Below are positions 51,701 to 64,000 of a stretch of 64,000 nucleotides of DNA, piece by piece (position 1 is the first letter of the stretch; each line of letters starts with the position of its first letter). Under the pieces are notes generated by a model, which saw nothing but the letters and a program-made list of their open reading frames with translations, was not told where the DNA came from and did no database searches. The translations under genes were made by a program, and so were the position numbers. The DNA is from Pristiophorus japonicus (lineage: Eukaryota): NCBI RefSeq assembly GCF_044704955.1, contig NC_091995.1:26660001-26724000 (forward strand). Reading direction: 5' to 3'.

Positions 51701-54170
51701 GAGAGGGCTCATCCCCTGGAGTCCCAAGGAATCCCACAATCCCTTGGGAGCACAGGTACTTAAGGAGACCTCACAGGCTGGAGAGGTACTCTGGAGACCT
51801 GCAATAAAAGACTTAGGTTACACTTTACTTTGAGCTCACAGTATCCAGTCAGACTCTTTATTCATACATAACAGGTGCAAATTAATTTATTGATTTAAAG
51901 GGAAGGGGATACATTTATTTATTGTTTTAAAGTGATGTGTGCAAATATATTTATTGACTGAAGGGAAAGCTGCACATTTATTTCCTGATTCAATGGGATG
52001 GTTGCAAAAGTATTTATTGATCTAAATGGAATGTTGCACGTATATTTATTGGATTAAGCTTAAGCGCTGGCTGCAAATTTATTTGTTGATTTGACGGGAA
52101 GGTTGCATATTTATTTTTTAATTTAAGGGGATGGGGTGCATCTTCATTTATTGATTAAAGGGATGGCTGCAAATTTATTTATTGATTAAAAGGGAAGTTT
52201 GCAAACTTATTTATTGATTAAAAGGATGGGTACAAATGCATTAATAATTTTGGGTGCAAATTTAGTTATTGAGTTAAAGAAAATGGGTGAAAATGTATTT
52301 ATTGATTTAAATGGGCGGGTGCACATTTATTGATTTAAAGGGAAGGTTGTACATGTATTTATTGATTGAAATCGCAGGGTGCAAGTAAATTTATTGATTT
52401 AAAGGGATGGGTGCACATTTATTCACTGATTAAAGCGATGAGTGCAAATGTATTTATTGATTTAAGGGGATGGGTACAAATTTGTTAATTAATTTTGGGA
52501 TCAAATGTATTTATTGAATGAAAGGGAATGCGTGAAAATCTATTTATTAATTTAAACCGAAGGTTGCACATTTATTGATTGATTTAAAGGAATGGGGACA
52601 AATTCATTTATTGATTTAAAGGAAAGGGCACAAATTTATTTATTGATTTAAAGGGATGAGTACATATATTTTTTTATTGATTTAAAGGGAAGGTTGTAAC
52701 TTATTTATTGATTAAAGGGATGAGTGCATATATATTTATTGATTCAAAGAGAAGGTGGCAAATGCATTGATTGAGTTAAAGGGAAGGTTGCAAACGTATT
52801 TATTGATTTAAAAGCATATAACATTTATTTATTGATTAAAGGTGTGGGTGAAAATGTATTTATTTATTTAAAGGGAAGTTTGCAAACTTGTTTATTCATT
52901 TAAAGCGATGGGTACAAATTAATTAAGGAATTTTGGGTGCAAATTTATTCATTGAATAAACCGATGGCTGCACATTTATTTATTAATTAAAAGCGCTGAG
53001 TGAAAATGTATTTTATTGATTTAAAGGGATGGGTGCACATTTATTTATTGCTTAAAGGGAAGGTTGCAAACTTATTTATTGATTTAAAGGGATTGGTGCA
53101 CGTTGATTAAAGGAAGTTTACAAATGTAGTTATTGATTTAAAAGGAAGATTGAAAATTTATGTATTAATTTAACGTGAAGTTTGCAAACTTATTTATTGA
53201 TTTAAATGGATGGGTACAAATTTAGTCATTCATTTGGGTGCAATTTTATTTATTGATTTAAAGGGAAGGTTGCAAATTTATTTATTGATTTAAAGCAATG
53301 GCTGCACATTTATTTAATGATTTAAAGGGAAGGTTGCAAACTTATTTATTGATTTAAAGGGACGGGTACAAATTTAGTAATTAATTTTGGCTGTAATTTT
53401 AATTAATCAGTTAAAGGGAAGGTTGCAAATTAATTTATTGATTTAGAGGGAAGATTGAAAATGTATTTGTTGATTTAAAGGAATATGTACATTTTTACTT
53501 ATTTATTTAATGAGAAGTTTGCATATTTATTTATTGACTTAAAGGGATGTTGCAAACATATTTATTGATTTAAAGGGATGGGTGCAAATATATTGATTGA
53601 TTTAAAGGGAATGGAACAAGTTTATTTATTGATTTATAGGGAAGTGGACAAATGCATTTTTTGATTTAAAGGGATGTGTGCAAATATATTTATTGACTGA
53701 AAGGGAAGCTGCAAATTTATGTATTGATTTAAAGGGAAGATGGCAAAAATATTAATTTATTTATAGCGATGGTGCAAATATATTTATTAGTTTAAAGGGA
53801 CGGGTGAACATTTATTTATTATTTAAAGGGATGGTTGCATATTTATTGATTGATTTATAGGGAAGTTTGCAAACTTATTGATTGATTTAAGGGGATGGGT
53901 GCACGTTAATAGATTGATTAAAGGGATGGGTGAAAATGTATTTATTGATTTAAAGGGAAGGTTACAAAGGTTTTTATTAATTTAAAGGGATAGGTGCAAA
54001 TTTATTTATTGATTAAAATGGAATGGGTGAAAAATTATTTATTGAGTTAAAGGGAATAGGGACAAATTTATTTATTGATTTAAAGTGAAGGGAACAAATG
54101 TATTTATTGATTTTAAGGAATGGGTGCAAATTTATTTTTGCATTTAAGGGATGGGCACATTTATGGTAAT
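45745..54170. repeat. AT-rich ~32-bp satellite (45745-47346 and 51874-54170) interrupted by Gypsy
   Basis: Degenerate tandem TTTATTTATTGATTTAAAGGGA(A/T)GG(T/G)TGCAAA. Confidence 0.95.
47347..51873 (+). mobile_element. Full-length decayed Gypsy (Mag/K02A2.6-like) LTR retrotransposon
   Basis: LTRs at 47347-47557 and 51662-51873 (TG...CA, roughly a dozen differences), 5-bp TSD GGTGC, PBS TGGCGA at 47560, G-rich PPT. Two zinc knuckles, protease LDTG, RT, RNase H and integrase (VSDNGP.F, SNGQ.ER), all with stops or frameshifts. Confidence 0.95.
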
Positions 54171-54217
54171 TATTTTCAATGGTGTCTAATGAGAGGCAGC
54201 GTGTGTTATGCAGTGAC

Positions 54218-57200
54218 AGTCAGTGTGTGGTATGAGGGGTCAGTGTGTGTAGTGAGGGGTCACTGTGTGGAGTGAGGGGTCAGTGTGTGGAGTGAGGGCT
54301 CAGTGTGTGGAGTGAGGGCTCAGTGTGTGGAGTGAGGGCTCAGTGTGTGGAGTGAGGGGTCAGTGTGTGGTGTGAGAGGTCAGTGTGTGGAATTAGTGGT
54401 CAGTGTGTGGAGTGAGGGGTCAGTGTGTGGAGTGAGGGCTCAGTGTGTGGAGTGAGGGCTCAGTGTGTGGAGTGAGGGGTCAGTGTGTGGAGTGAGGGCT
54501 CAGTGTGTGGAATGAGGGCTCAGTGTGTGGAGTGAGGGCTCAGTGTGTGTAGTGAGTGTTACTGTGTGGAGTGAGGGATCAGTGTGTGGTGTGAGGGGTC
54601 AGTGTGTGGAGTGAGGGGTCAGTGTGTGGAGTGAGGGGTCAGTGTGTGGTGTGAGAGCTCAGTGTGTGGAGTGAGGGCTCAGTGTGTGGAGTGAGGGCTC
54701 AGTGTGTGGAGTGAGGGGTCAGTGTGTGGTGTCAGGGCTCAGTGTGTGGAGTGAGGGGTCAGTGTGTGGAGTGAGGGGTCAGTGTGTGGAGTGAGGGCTC
54801 AGTGTGTGTTATGCAGTGAGGGCTCAGTGTGTGGAGTGAGGGGTCAGTGTGTGGAGTGAGGGGTCAGTGTGTGGAGTGAGCGGTCAGTGTGTGGAGTGAG
54901 GGCTCAATGTGTGGAGTGAGGGCTCAGTGTGTGTTATACAGTGAGGGTTCAGTGTGTGGAGTGAGGGTTCAGTGTGTGGAGTGAGGGGTCAGTGTGTGGA
55001 GTGAGGGCTCAGTGTGTGGAGTGAGGGCTCAGTGTGTGGAGTGAGGGGTCAGTGTGTGGAGTGAGGGGTCAGTGTGTGGAGTGAGGGCTCAGTGTGTGGA
55101 GTGAGGGCTCAGTGTGTGGAGTGAGGGCTCAGTGTGTGGAGTGAGGGGTCAGTGTGTGGAGTGAGGGGTCAGTGTGTGGAGTGAGGGCTCAGTGTGTGGA
55201 GTGAGGGCTCAGTGTGTGGAGTGAGCGGTCAGTGTGTGGAATGAGGGGTCAGTGTGTGGAGTGAGGGCTCAGTGTGTGGAGTGAGGGTTCAGTGTGTGGA
55301 GTGAGGGCTCAGTGTGTGGAGTGAGGGGTCAGTGTGTGGAGTGAGGGGTCAGTGTGTGGAGTGAGGGGTCAGTGTGTGGAGTGAGGGCTCAGTGTGTGGA
55401 GTGAGGGCTCAGTGTGTGGAGTGAGGGGTCAGTGTGTGGAGTGAGTGGTCAGTGTGTGGAGTGAGGGCTCAGTGTGTGGAGTGAGGGCTCAGTGTGTGGA
55501 GTGAGGGCTCAGTGTGTGGAGTGAGGGGTCAGTGTGTGTGGAGTGAGGGCTCAGTGTGTGGAGTGAGGGCTCAGTGTGTGGAGTGAGGGGTCAGTGTGTG
55601 GAGTGAGGGTTCAGTGTGTGGAGTGAGGGGTCAGTGTGTGGAGTGAGGGGTCAGTGTGTGGAGTGAGGGCTCAGTGTGTGGAGTGAGGGCTCAGTGTGTG
55701 GAGTGAGGGGTCAGTGTGTGGAGTGAGGGGTCAGTGTGTGGAGTGAGGGCTCAGTGTGTGGTGTGAGGGCTCAGTGTGTGGAGTGAGGGCTCAGTGTGTG
55801 GTGTGAGGGCTCAGTGTGTGGAGTGAGGGGTCAGTGTGTGGAGTGAGGGCTCAGTGTGTGGAGTGAGGGGTCAGTGTGTGGTGTCAGGGCTCAGTGTGTG
55901 GAGTGAGGGGTCAGTGTGTGGAGTGAGGGCTCAGTGTGTGGAGTGAGGGGTCAGTGTGTGCTCAGTGTGTGGAGTGAGGGGTCAGTGTGTGGTGTGAGGG
56001 CTCAGTGTGTGGAGTGAGGGCTCAGTGTGTGGAGTGAGGGGTCAGTGTGTGGTGTCAGGGCTCAGTGTGTGGAGTGAGGGGTCAGTGTGTGGAGTGAGGG
56101 GTCAGTGTGTGGAGTGAGGGCTCAGTGTGTGTTATGCAGTGAGGGCTCAGTGTGTGGAGTGAGGGGTCAGTGTGTGGAGTGAGGGGTCAGTGTGTGGAGT
56201 GAGGGGTCAGTGTGTGGAGTGAGTGGTCAGTGTGTGGAGTGAGGGCTCAGTGTGTGGAGTGAGGGCTCAGTGTGTGTTATACAGTGAGGGTTCAGTGTGT
56301 GGAGTGAGGGGTCAGTGTGTGGAGTGAGGGGTCAGTGTGTGGTGTGAGGGGTCAGTGTGTGGAGTGAGGGCTCAGTGTGTGGAGTGAGGGATCAGTGTGT
56401 GGAGTGAGGGCTCAGTGTGTGGAGTGAGGGCTCAGTGTGTGGAGTGAGGGCTCAGTGTGTGGAGTGAGGGGTCAGTGTGTGGAGTGAGGGGTCAGTGTGT
56501 GGAGTGAGGGCTCAGTGTGTGGAGTGAGGGCTCAGTGTGTGGAGTGAGGGGTCAGTGTGTGGAGTGAGTGGTCAGTGTGTGGAGTGAGGGCTCAGTGTGT
56601 GGAGTGAGGGCTCAGTGTGTGTTATACAGTGAGGGTTCAGTGTGTGGAGTGAGGGGTCAGTGTGTGGAGTGAGGGCTCAGTGTGTGGAGTGAGGGCTCAG
56701 TGTGTGGTGTGAGGGGTCAGTGTGTGCTCAGTGTGTGGAGTGAGGGGTCAGTGTGTGGTGTGAGGGCTCAGTGTGTGGTGTGAGGGCTCAGTGTGTGGAG
56801 TGAGGGCTCAGTGTGTGGAGTGAGGGGTCAGTGTGTGCTCAGTGTGTGGAGTGAGGGGTCAGTGTGTGGTGTGAGGGCTCAGTGTGTGGTGTGAGGGCTC
56901 AGTGTGTGGAGTGAGGGCTCAGTGTGTGGAGTGAGGGGTCAGTGTGTGCTCAGTGTGTGGAGTGAGGGGTCAGTGTGTGGTGTGAGGGCTCAGTGTGTGG
57001 AGTGAGGGCTCAGTGTGTGGTGTGAGGGCTCAGTGTGTGGAGTGAGGGGTCAGTGTGTGGAGTGAGGGGTCAGTGTGTGGAGTGAGGGCTCAGTGTGTGG
57101 TGTGAGGGCTCAGTGTGTGGAGTGAGGGCTCAGAGTGTGGAGTGAGGGCTCAGTGTGTGGAGTGAGGGCTCAGTGTGTGGAGTGAGGGGTCAGTGTGTGG

Positions 57201-58680
57201 AGTGAGGGCTCAGTGTGTGGAGTGAGGGGTCAGTGTGTGGAGTGAGGGCTCAGTGTGTGGAGTGAGGGCTCAGTGTGTGGTGTGAGGGCTCAGTGTGTGG
57301 AGTGAGGGCTCAGTGTGTGGAGTGAGGGCTCAGTGTGTGGAGTGAGGGGTCAGTGTGTGGAGTGAGGGCTCAGTGTGTGGTGTGAGGGCTCAGTGTGTGG
57401 TGTGAGGGGTCAGTGTGTGGAGTGAGGGGTCAGTGTGTGGTGTGAGGGGTCAGTGTGTGCTCAGTGTGTGGAGTGAGAGGTCAGTGTGTGGTGTGAGGGC
57501 TCAGTGTGTGGAGTGAGGGCTCAGTGTGTGGAGTGAGGGGTCAGTGTGTGGAGTGAGTGGTCAGTGTGTGGAGTGAGGGCTCAGTGTGTGGAGTGAGGGG
57601 TCAGTGTGTGCTCAGTGTGTGGAGTGAGGGGTCAGTGTGTGGTGTGAGGGCTCAGTGTGTGGAGTGAGTGGTCAGTTGTGGAGTGAGGGGTCAGTGTGTG
57701 GAGTGAGGGCTCAGTGTGTGTAGTGAGGGGTCAGTGTGTGGTGTGAGGGCTCAGTGTGTGGAGTGAGGGCTCAGTGTGTGGAGTGAGGGTTCAGTGTGTG
57801 CTCAGTGTGTGGAGTGAGGGGTCAGTGTGTGGTGTGAGGGCTCAGTGTGTGGAGTGAGGGGTCAGTGTGTGGAGTGAGTGGTCAGTGTGTGGAGTGAGGG
57901 CTCAGTGTGTGGAGTGAGGGGTCAGTGTGTGCTCAGTGTGTGGAGTGAGGGGTCAGTGTGTGGTGTGAGGGCTCAGTGTGTGGAGTGAGTGGTCAGTGTG
58001 TGGAGTGAGGGGTCAGTGTGTGGAGTGAGGGCTCAGTGTGTGGAGTGAGGGGTCAGTGTGTGGTGTGAGGGCTCAGTGTGTGGAGTGAGGGCTCAGTGTG
58101 TGGAGTGAGGGGTCAGTGTGTGCTCAGTGTGTGGAGTGAGGGGTCAGTGTGTGGTGTCAGGGCTCAGTGTGTGGAGTGAGGGCTCAGTGTGTGGAGTGAG
58201 TGGTCAGTGTGTGGAGTGAGGGGTCAGTGTGTGGAGTGAGGGCTCAGTGTGTGGAGTGAGGGGTCAGTGTGTGGTGTGAGGGCTCAGTGTGTGGAGTGAG
58301 GGGTCAGTGTGTGGAGTGAGGGGTCAGTGTGTGGAGTGAGGGCTCAGTGTGTGGAGTGAGGGGTCAGTGTGTGGAGTGAGGGCTCAGTGTGTGGTGTGAG
58401 GGCTCAGTGTGTGGAGTGAGGGCTCAGTGTGTGGAGTGAGGGCTCAGTGTGTGGAGTGAGGGGTCAGTGTCTGGAGTGAGGGCTCAGTGTGTGGAGTGAG
58501 GGGTCAGTGTGTGGAGTGAGGGGTCAGTGTGTGGAGTGAGGGGTCAGTGTGTGGAGTGAGGGCTCCGTGTGTGGAGTGAGGGCTCAGTGTGTGGTGTGAG
58601 GGCTCAGTGTGTGGAGTGAGGGGTCAGTGTGTGGAGTGAGGGGTCAGTGTGTGGAGTGAGGGGTCAGTGTGTGTTATGCA
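54218..58680 (+). repeat. 20-bp G/T-rich satellite
   Basis: (CAGTGTGTGGAGTGAGGG(G/C)T)n over about 4.4 kb, highly homogeneous. Confidence 0.97.
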
Positions 58681-59102
58681 GTGACGGGTAGCACCCTCAC
58701 CTCTGAGTCAGAAGGTTCCACTCCAGGTACCTATATATCTAGGCTAACACTCCCAGTGCAGTGCTGAGGGAGTGCTGCACTGTCAGAATTACCATGTTTC
58801 GGATGAGATGTTAAACCGAGGCCCCGTCTGCTCTCTGGTAGAAGTAAAAGATCCCATGGCACTATTTCGATTGAGCAGTGAAGTTATCCCGGTGTCCTGA
58901 CCAATATTTATTCCTTAATCATCATAACAAAAACAGATTATCTGGTCATTATCACATTGCTGTTTGTGGGAGCTTGTTGTGCACAAATTGGCTGCCGCGT
59001 TTCCCACATTACAACAGTGACTGCACTCCAAAATAATTTTATTGTCTGCAATGCGCTTTAAGATGTCCAGTGGTTGTGAAAGGCACTATATAAATGCAAC
59101 TC
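58681..59102 (+). mobile_element. DeuSINE-type SINE (SacSINE1/AmnSINE1-like)
   Basis: tRNA-like head (GGTAGCAC...GAGTCAGAAGGTT), Deu-domain-like GGATGAGATGTTAAACCGAGG...AAGATCCCATGGCACTATTT, and tail GTGAAAGGCACTATATAAATGCAA. Confidence 0.75.
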
Positions 59103-59162
59103 ATTTTTTCATTCTTTCTCTTTGTTGACTCTATCTAAACCTTCATAATTTTGAACAACTCT

Positions 59163-59470
59163 GCAATTTGCGCACAGCAAGCTCCCACAAACAGGAATGT
59201 GATAATGATCAGATAATCTGTTTTTGTTATGTTGATTGAGGGATAAATATTGACCAGGAGACTGGGGATAACTCCCCTGCTCTTCTTCAAACTAGTGACA
59301 TGGGATCTTTCACGTCTACCTGAGGGGGCAGACGTTCGAGTCGGGAGACAAAGAAACATGGCGGCCCACAACCATTTAATGTCTCATCCGAATGATGGAA
59401 CCTCTGAAAGTGTGGCGCTCCCTCAGCACTGCACTCGAGTGTCAGCCTGGATTTTTGTACTCAAGTCTCT
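59163..59470 (-). mobile_element. Second DeuSINE-type copy, inverted and partial
   Basis: Reverse complement of much of 58740-58990. Confidence 0.7.
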
Positions 59471-59987
59471 GCAGTGGAGTGAGAGGTCAGAGTGTCCGTT
59501 CCAAGGTTTCTTTGGTGTCTTGGCCGCAGCACGGTGTGATGTGTAGATCGGAGGAAAGAATACTGGGAAACTAGTCACCACAGGCCGTTCTCTCATACCG
59601 TCTGGTTTGTCATTAATCGAGCAGCATTGACAGAGGCCTGTAGCAGCTTTCCCAGTACTGGGAACAGCAATAAGATCCCTCGTTGCCATGGCTACGATCA
59701 GCTCACTCTCCACTGACCAGAGATCAAACCTTGTTGATCTGAATGGTTTCATTACCCTACTGGGCAGCATATTCACCCACCAAGCCATCAAGTTGGTTGA
59801 GTCCAGCTTCACTTGCAGCTGACCCTCTACTTAATGGGTTCAAATGAATTTTTGTTTGCAGTGAGTGCTGCCTCCTCTCCCTGGGCCCTGAGGCCTCCGA
59901 ACACCTTCCTGCCACCAGATGGCTGTAAAATCAATTATTCTGTGGTGGGCCCAGCGATTGCTTTCTGTCTCTATTTGTGTCTGTATG

Positions 59988-60710
59988 ACAGAGAGAGAGA
60001 GAGAGACAGAGAGAGCAAGAGAGAGAGGGCGAGAGCGAGAGAATAGAAACAGACAGGGGAGAAAGAGCGCTGAAAGGGCCAGAGAGAATGGGAACGAGCA
60101 CGGAAGAGGGGAAGAGAATGGAAGAGGGAGTGAGAACAGAAAAGGGAGAGAGGACCGAATGGGTGAAAGAATGGTAAAGGGAGGCAGAGCATGGAGAAGG
60201 GAGATGAAACGAATGTGGAGAGGGCACAGAAAAAGGTGAAAGAAGAGAACGGGGGAACGTACAGAAGAGGGAGACAGAACAGAAAAGAGGGAGAGCACAT
60301 AAATGGAGAGAGAGAGATGATTACTTGGCATTGCATTACACAGGAAATATGATACAGAAACAGGCCTTTCAGCCCAACCAGTCCATGCTGGTGTTTATGC
60401 TCCACTCGAGCCTCCTCCCGTCTTTCCTCATCCAAATCTATCAGCACAACCCTCTATTCCCTTCTCCCTCATTTGCTTGTCTAGCCTCCCCATAAATGTA
60501 TCTATACTATTCTCTTCAACCATTCCCTGTGGTAGCGAGTTCCACATTCTCACCACTCTCTGGGTAAAGAAGAGAGAACAGAAAGGGGAGGGAGTGTATG
60601 AAAAGAAAAAGATAAAGAAATAGAGAGGGTGCATTATGAAAAGGGGATGGAGAAAGAGAAAGAGAGAGCACAGGAGGAGGAGAGAGATCATGGAAAGAGA
60701 GAGATGATTG
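59988..60710. repeat. GA-rich low-complexity tract containing an old CR1 3' fragment (~60345-60570, minus)
   Basis: (GA)n and purine-rich sequence; FFTQRVVRMWNSLPQ on the minus strand. Confidence 0.8.
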
Positions 60711-61218
60711 TGACAGTGCCGAATGAACTGATGAGGCTCAGTTGAATGGGAGAGCACGTGTTGAGATGCCCAGATATACTCGCAATTCCTTCAGTGATGA
60801 ACATCTTCTTGTCCCGTTCCCGTCAGTTTATCTGTTTCAACATCACAGCTGCAACATTCACCCAACCCAGACTGGAACCATTCGCAGTGAGCAACGACAG
60901 GACAGAATCCAATCCCACTCCCCAAACCATAGAATCATGGAACCTTACAGCACAGAAGGAGGCCATTCGTCGCATCACGCCTGGGTAGGGCAGGTTAGGA
61001 GCAGTTATACCACCCCGGATTGGTTTACCACCACTGGGAGGGTGGACAATGCAGTGATGTGGCAGCCTTCAACTAGCTGTAGCTTGCCAAAGAATGACTT
61101 GACTTTTGGAAGAGCGGGAAGTGTTAGCGGATGCATTACTTACGATTAGATGCGCTGTCGATTCCTGAGAACAAATATGGTTCTTGAAACGTTGAGGTCA
61201 AGCATTCATGGAATTATT

Positions 61219-62037
61219 GGAGCCAAAATTCAGCTCCCCAAAAAGGCCTTTTGCTGCCAGAAAACGGCAGCCAGGCAGCGAAGTCCAGTGGCCGGCGTCA
61301 GCGAAATTTAGCTTGCCCATTTTTCCAGCGGGTCCCACATCTGCCCCACTGCTGCCGACCATCCTAAGTGCTTCATCAAAGGGCGCGCCGCTGATCTCCC
61401 GCAGCTCCATCTCACCTCCCGCAAAATTTAGTTCCAAAAACCTTTAACCCGCCATGCGTTGCCCCGGACAGATTTTTCACTCAGTGCACCTGGCTTTCAG
61501 TCTTTGAACTGTGGCAGCGTGGTGGCCCTTCAAGGGGAGGGAGCACTGCTGCGGTCACCATGTTTTTTTTTCGGTCGACTGCCAGGTCGGACCAACTATT
61601 ATGCCCCCGGATTCGGCCGGGCCGCCAACATGCAGCCAGGCCCCCCCCCCCCCCCCCCCCCGCCCCCCGCTCTTGGGTGCCAGACCACTGGCCCGGCCAA
61701 AACTCTCCCTGGTGGCCCGGTGGACCGAAGTTTCGAAGTGCCGAAGGCTCCCCCCTTTAAGTGAAGGGGGGAGTGTGGTGACACACACGCGTCGTGATGT
61801 CATCTCCCTCCACTGCTGACTGACAGAAGCAGAGACTCCGTCCCACCTCCACTTCGGCCCCTCTCCAGTATTTACCACCCCACTTCCGTCCCCATTATGA
61901 CCGACTTCCGGGCCGCTTCAACAAAAATGACAAAGAGCTGAATTTATCAAAAGGGGCGTCCTCATCCGACACGGTGGAAAAAACACTTCAGGAGCGGAAG
62001 GTGCGACCTGTTTCGAGCAGAGGTAAATTTCAGCCCC
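61219..62037. mobile_element. GC-rich Harbinger-type MITE related to 34100-34712
   Basis: Termini GGAGCCAAAATT / AATTTCAGCCCC, 3-bp ATT on both sides. Shared internal motifs GTGTGGTGACACACACGC and CCCATTATGAC.GACTTCCGG. Confidence 0.72.
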
Positions 62038-62374
62038 ATTGAGTCTATCATACATGCAATAGTACTTGAGCGTACACTGAAGATACGACTTCCAACCACA
62101 CTGGCCAATGACGGTCGGAGACTCTCACACATTACAAGTTCTGAGCTCAGTTTTCAGCCTGATCGAACACTACAAATACAAATTCCCATTCCAAATTGTT
62201 CCCTTTTTAACCTTCCCCTTACTCCTGTTACATTACAATTACCCTGTCTGCCCGTTTACATGGCAACATCAAAAGTTAAAAACAACTCCATTTCAGAAAT
62301 GACTGAGCGACCTGTACCTTGTCAATAACTCAGTCAATGAGTTGAATTACACAATAACGAGAGCCTCTACCTTT

Positions 62375-62936
62375 GAGGAGTTAGAGGGGACTCCAAAAGG
62401 CTGCGTTCCTGATTATTGTTGTGGGCCTCGGGAGTGCCCTCCTGCTCCCCTGAGAGGTAATGAGGTGACAATAACACCTTACTCTTGTTATCACACATCT
62501 ACCTTCCTGCTGCACTCAAGCGCTGCTGGACAATGTGAATTTATTGCACTGATTCTGCACCCCCTGAATTCCTTGTTCTCTCACCTTAAACAGCTTCCAT
62601 TAAAAAGTTAATGGGGGTTAATTTATACCCCGCCCATTACCAGCGGCCATTCCACATAGCTCCATTTTGAAAGAGGGCCTGCAGCCGGGTGTCCAAAGTG
62701 CCCACCTGTATCAGGCAATACTTCTCTTTAATATGGAAATAGGTCACTAAATAAGCCCCAATGACCATTTTCGTTTGGAACCAGTAACAGTATGCACCAT
62801 GCAGTCCCGATAGAATTGAAGAGGCACAAAGGTAGGTGTAGGTTCATTATTGCAGTCTCAGGGGAGCAGGAGGGCACTCCCGAGGCCCACAACAATAATC
62901 GGGAACGCAGCCTTTTGGAGTCCCCTCTAACTCCTC
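62375..62936. repeat. 81-bp inverted repeat pair (62375-62455 / 62856-62936)
   Basis: 80 of 81 positions match as reverse complements; 400-bp spacer. Confidence 0.93.
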
Positions 62937-62959
62937 GATCGTGACTCCTAACATCCGCT

Positions 62960-64000
62960 CAACTCATCCCCGGAACTCCGCACAACTCACCCCCTGATCC
63001 CCGCACAACTCATCCATTGACACCGCACAACTTACAAACTTACACCCTGATCCCATCATAACTCACCCCCTGACCCCATCGTAACTCACCCCCTGATCCC
63101 CGCACAACTCACCCACTGACCCCGCACAACTCACCCATTGACCCCCGCACAACTCACCCCCTGACCCCGCACAACTCACCCACTGACCCCTGCACAACTC
63201 ACCCACTGACCCCCGCACAACTCACCCACTGACCCCCGCACAACTCACCCCCTGATCCCCGCACAACTCACCCACTGACCCCGCACAACTCACCCACTGA
63301 CCCCCGCACAACTCACCCACTGACCCCGCACAACTCACCCACTGACCCCGCACAACTCACCCACTGACCCCCGCACAACTCACCCACTGACCCCCGCACA
63401 ACTCACCCACTGACCCCCGCACAACTCACCCACTGACCCCCGCACAACTCACCCACTGACTCCCGCACAACTCACCCCCTGACCCCGCACAACTCACCCA
63501 CTGACCCCCGCACAACTCACCCCCTGACCCCGCACAACTCACCCCCTGACCCCGCACAACTCACCCCCTGACCCCGCACAACTCACCCACTGACCCCCGC
63601 ACAACTCACCCACTGACCCCCGCACAACTCACCCACTGACCCCCGCACAACTCACCCACTGACCCCCGCACAACTCACCCCCTGACCCCGCACAACTCAC
63701 CCCCTGACCCCGCACAACTCACCCACTGACCCCCGCACAACTCACCCCCTGACCCCCGCACAACTCACCCCCTGTCCCCGCACAACTCACCCACTGACCC
63801 CGCACAACTCACCCACTGACCCCCGCACAACTCACCCCCTGACCCCCGCACAACTCACCCCCTGTCCCCGCACAACTCACCCACTGACCCCCGCACAACT
63901 CACCCCCTGACCCCGCACAACTCACCCACTGACCCCCGCACAACTCACCCACTGACCCCCGCACAACTCACCCACTGACCCCGCACAACTCACCCCCTGA
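62960..64000 (+). repeat. ~22-23-bp C-rich satellite running off the window
   Basis: (CCCCGCACAACTCACCC(A/C)CTGAC)n. Confidence 0.97.

Noticed and set aside
59423-60757. ORFs of 100-160 aa as host exons
   Set aside because: They derive from GA-rich low complexity, SINE or CR1 sequence, or lack recognisable motifs and convincing splice context.

Overview
Vertebrate genomic DNA, most likely a shark or other cartilaginous fish (inferred from the CR1, RTE, Tx1, DeuSINE and Harbinger repeat mix). The window is mostly repeats. (1) About 5.7-30.3 kb is a tandem array of six minus-strand copies of a small three-exon Ig-superfamily gene: leader, one CD2/CEACAM/VSTM5-type V domain lacking the canonical disulfide, and a stalk+TM+tail exon. 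As assembled, every copy is broken by a different lesion, yet a 43-bp intronic core is identical in all six. (2) About 35-45.6 kb is a five-layer nest: DeuSINE > RTE LINE > Harbinger > CR1 > a short class-I endogenous retrovirus with apparently identical 681-bp LTRs, a perfect tRNA-Gln PBS and a decayed interior. (3) About 45.7-64 kb holds three satellite arrays, a full-length decayed Gypsy element, SINEs, a MITE and a near-perfect 81-bp inverted repeat. I found no intact host gene, tRNA/rRNA gene or CRISPR array. Coordinates were read by eye, so repeat ends may be off by several bases. Family assignments come from remembered motifs, not from database searches.
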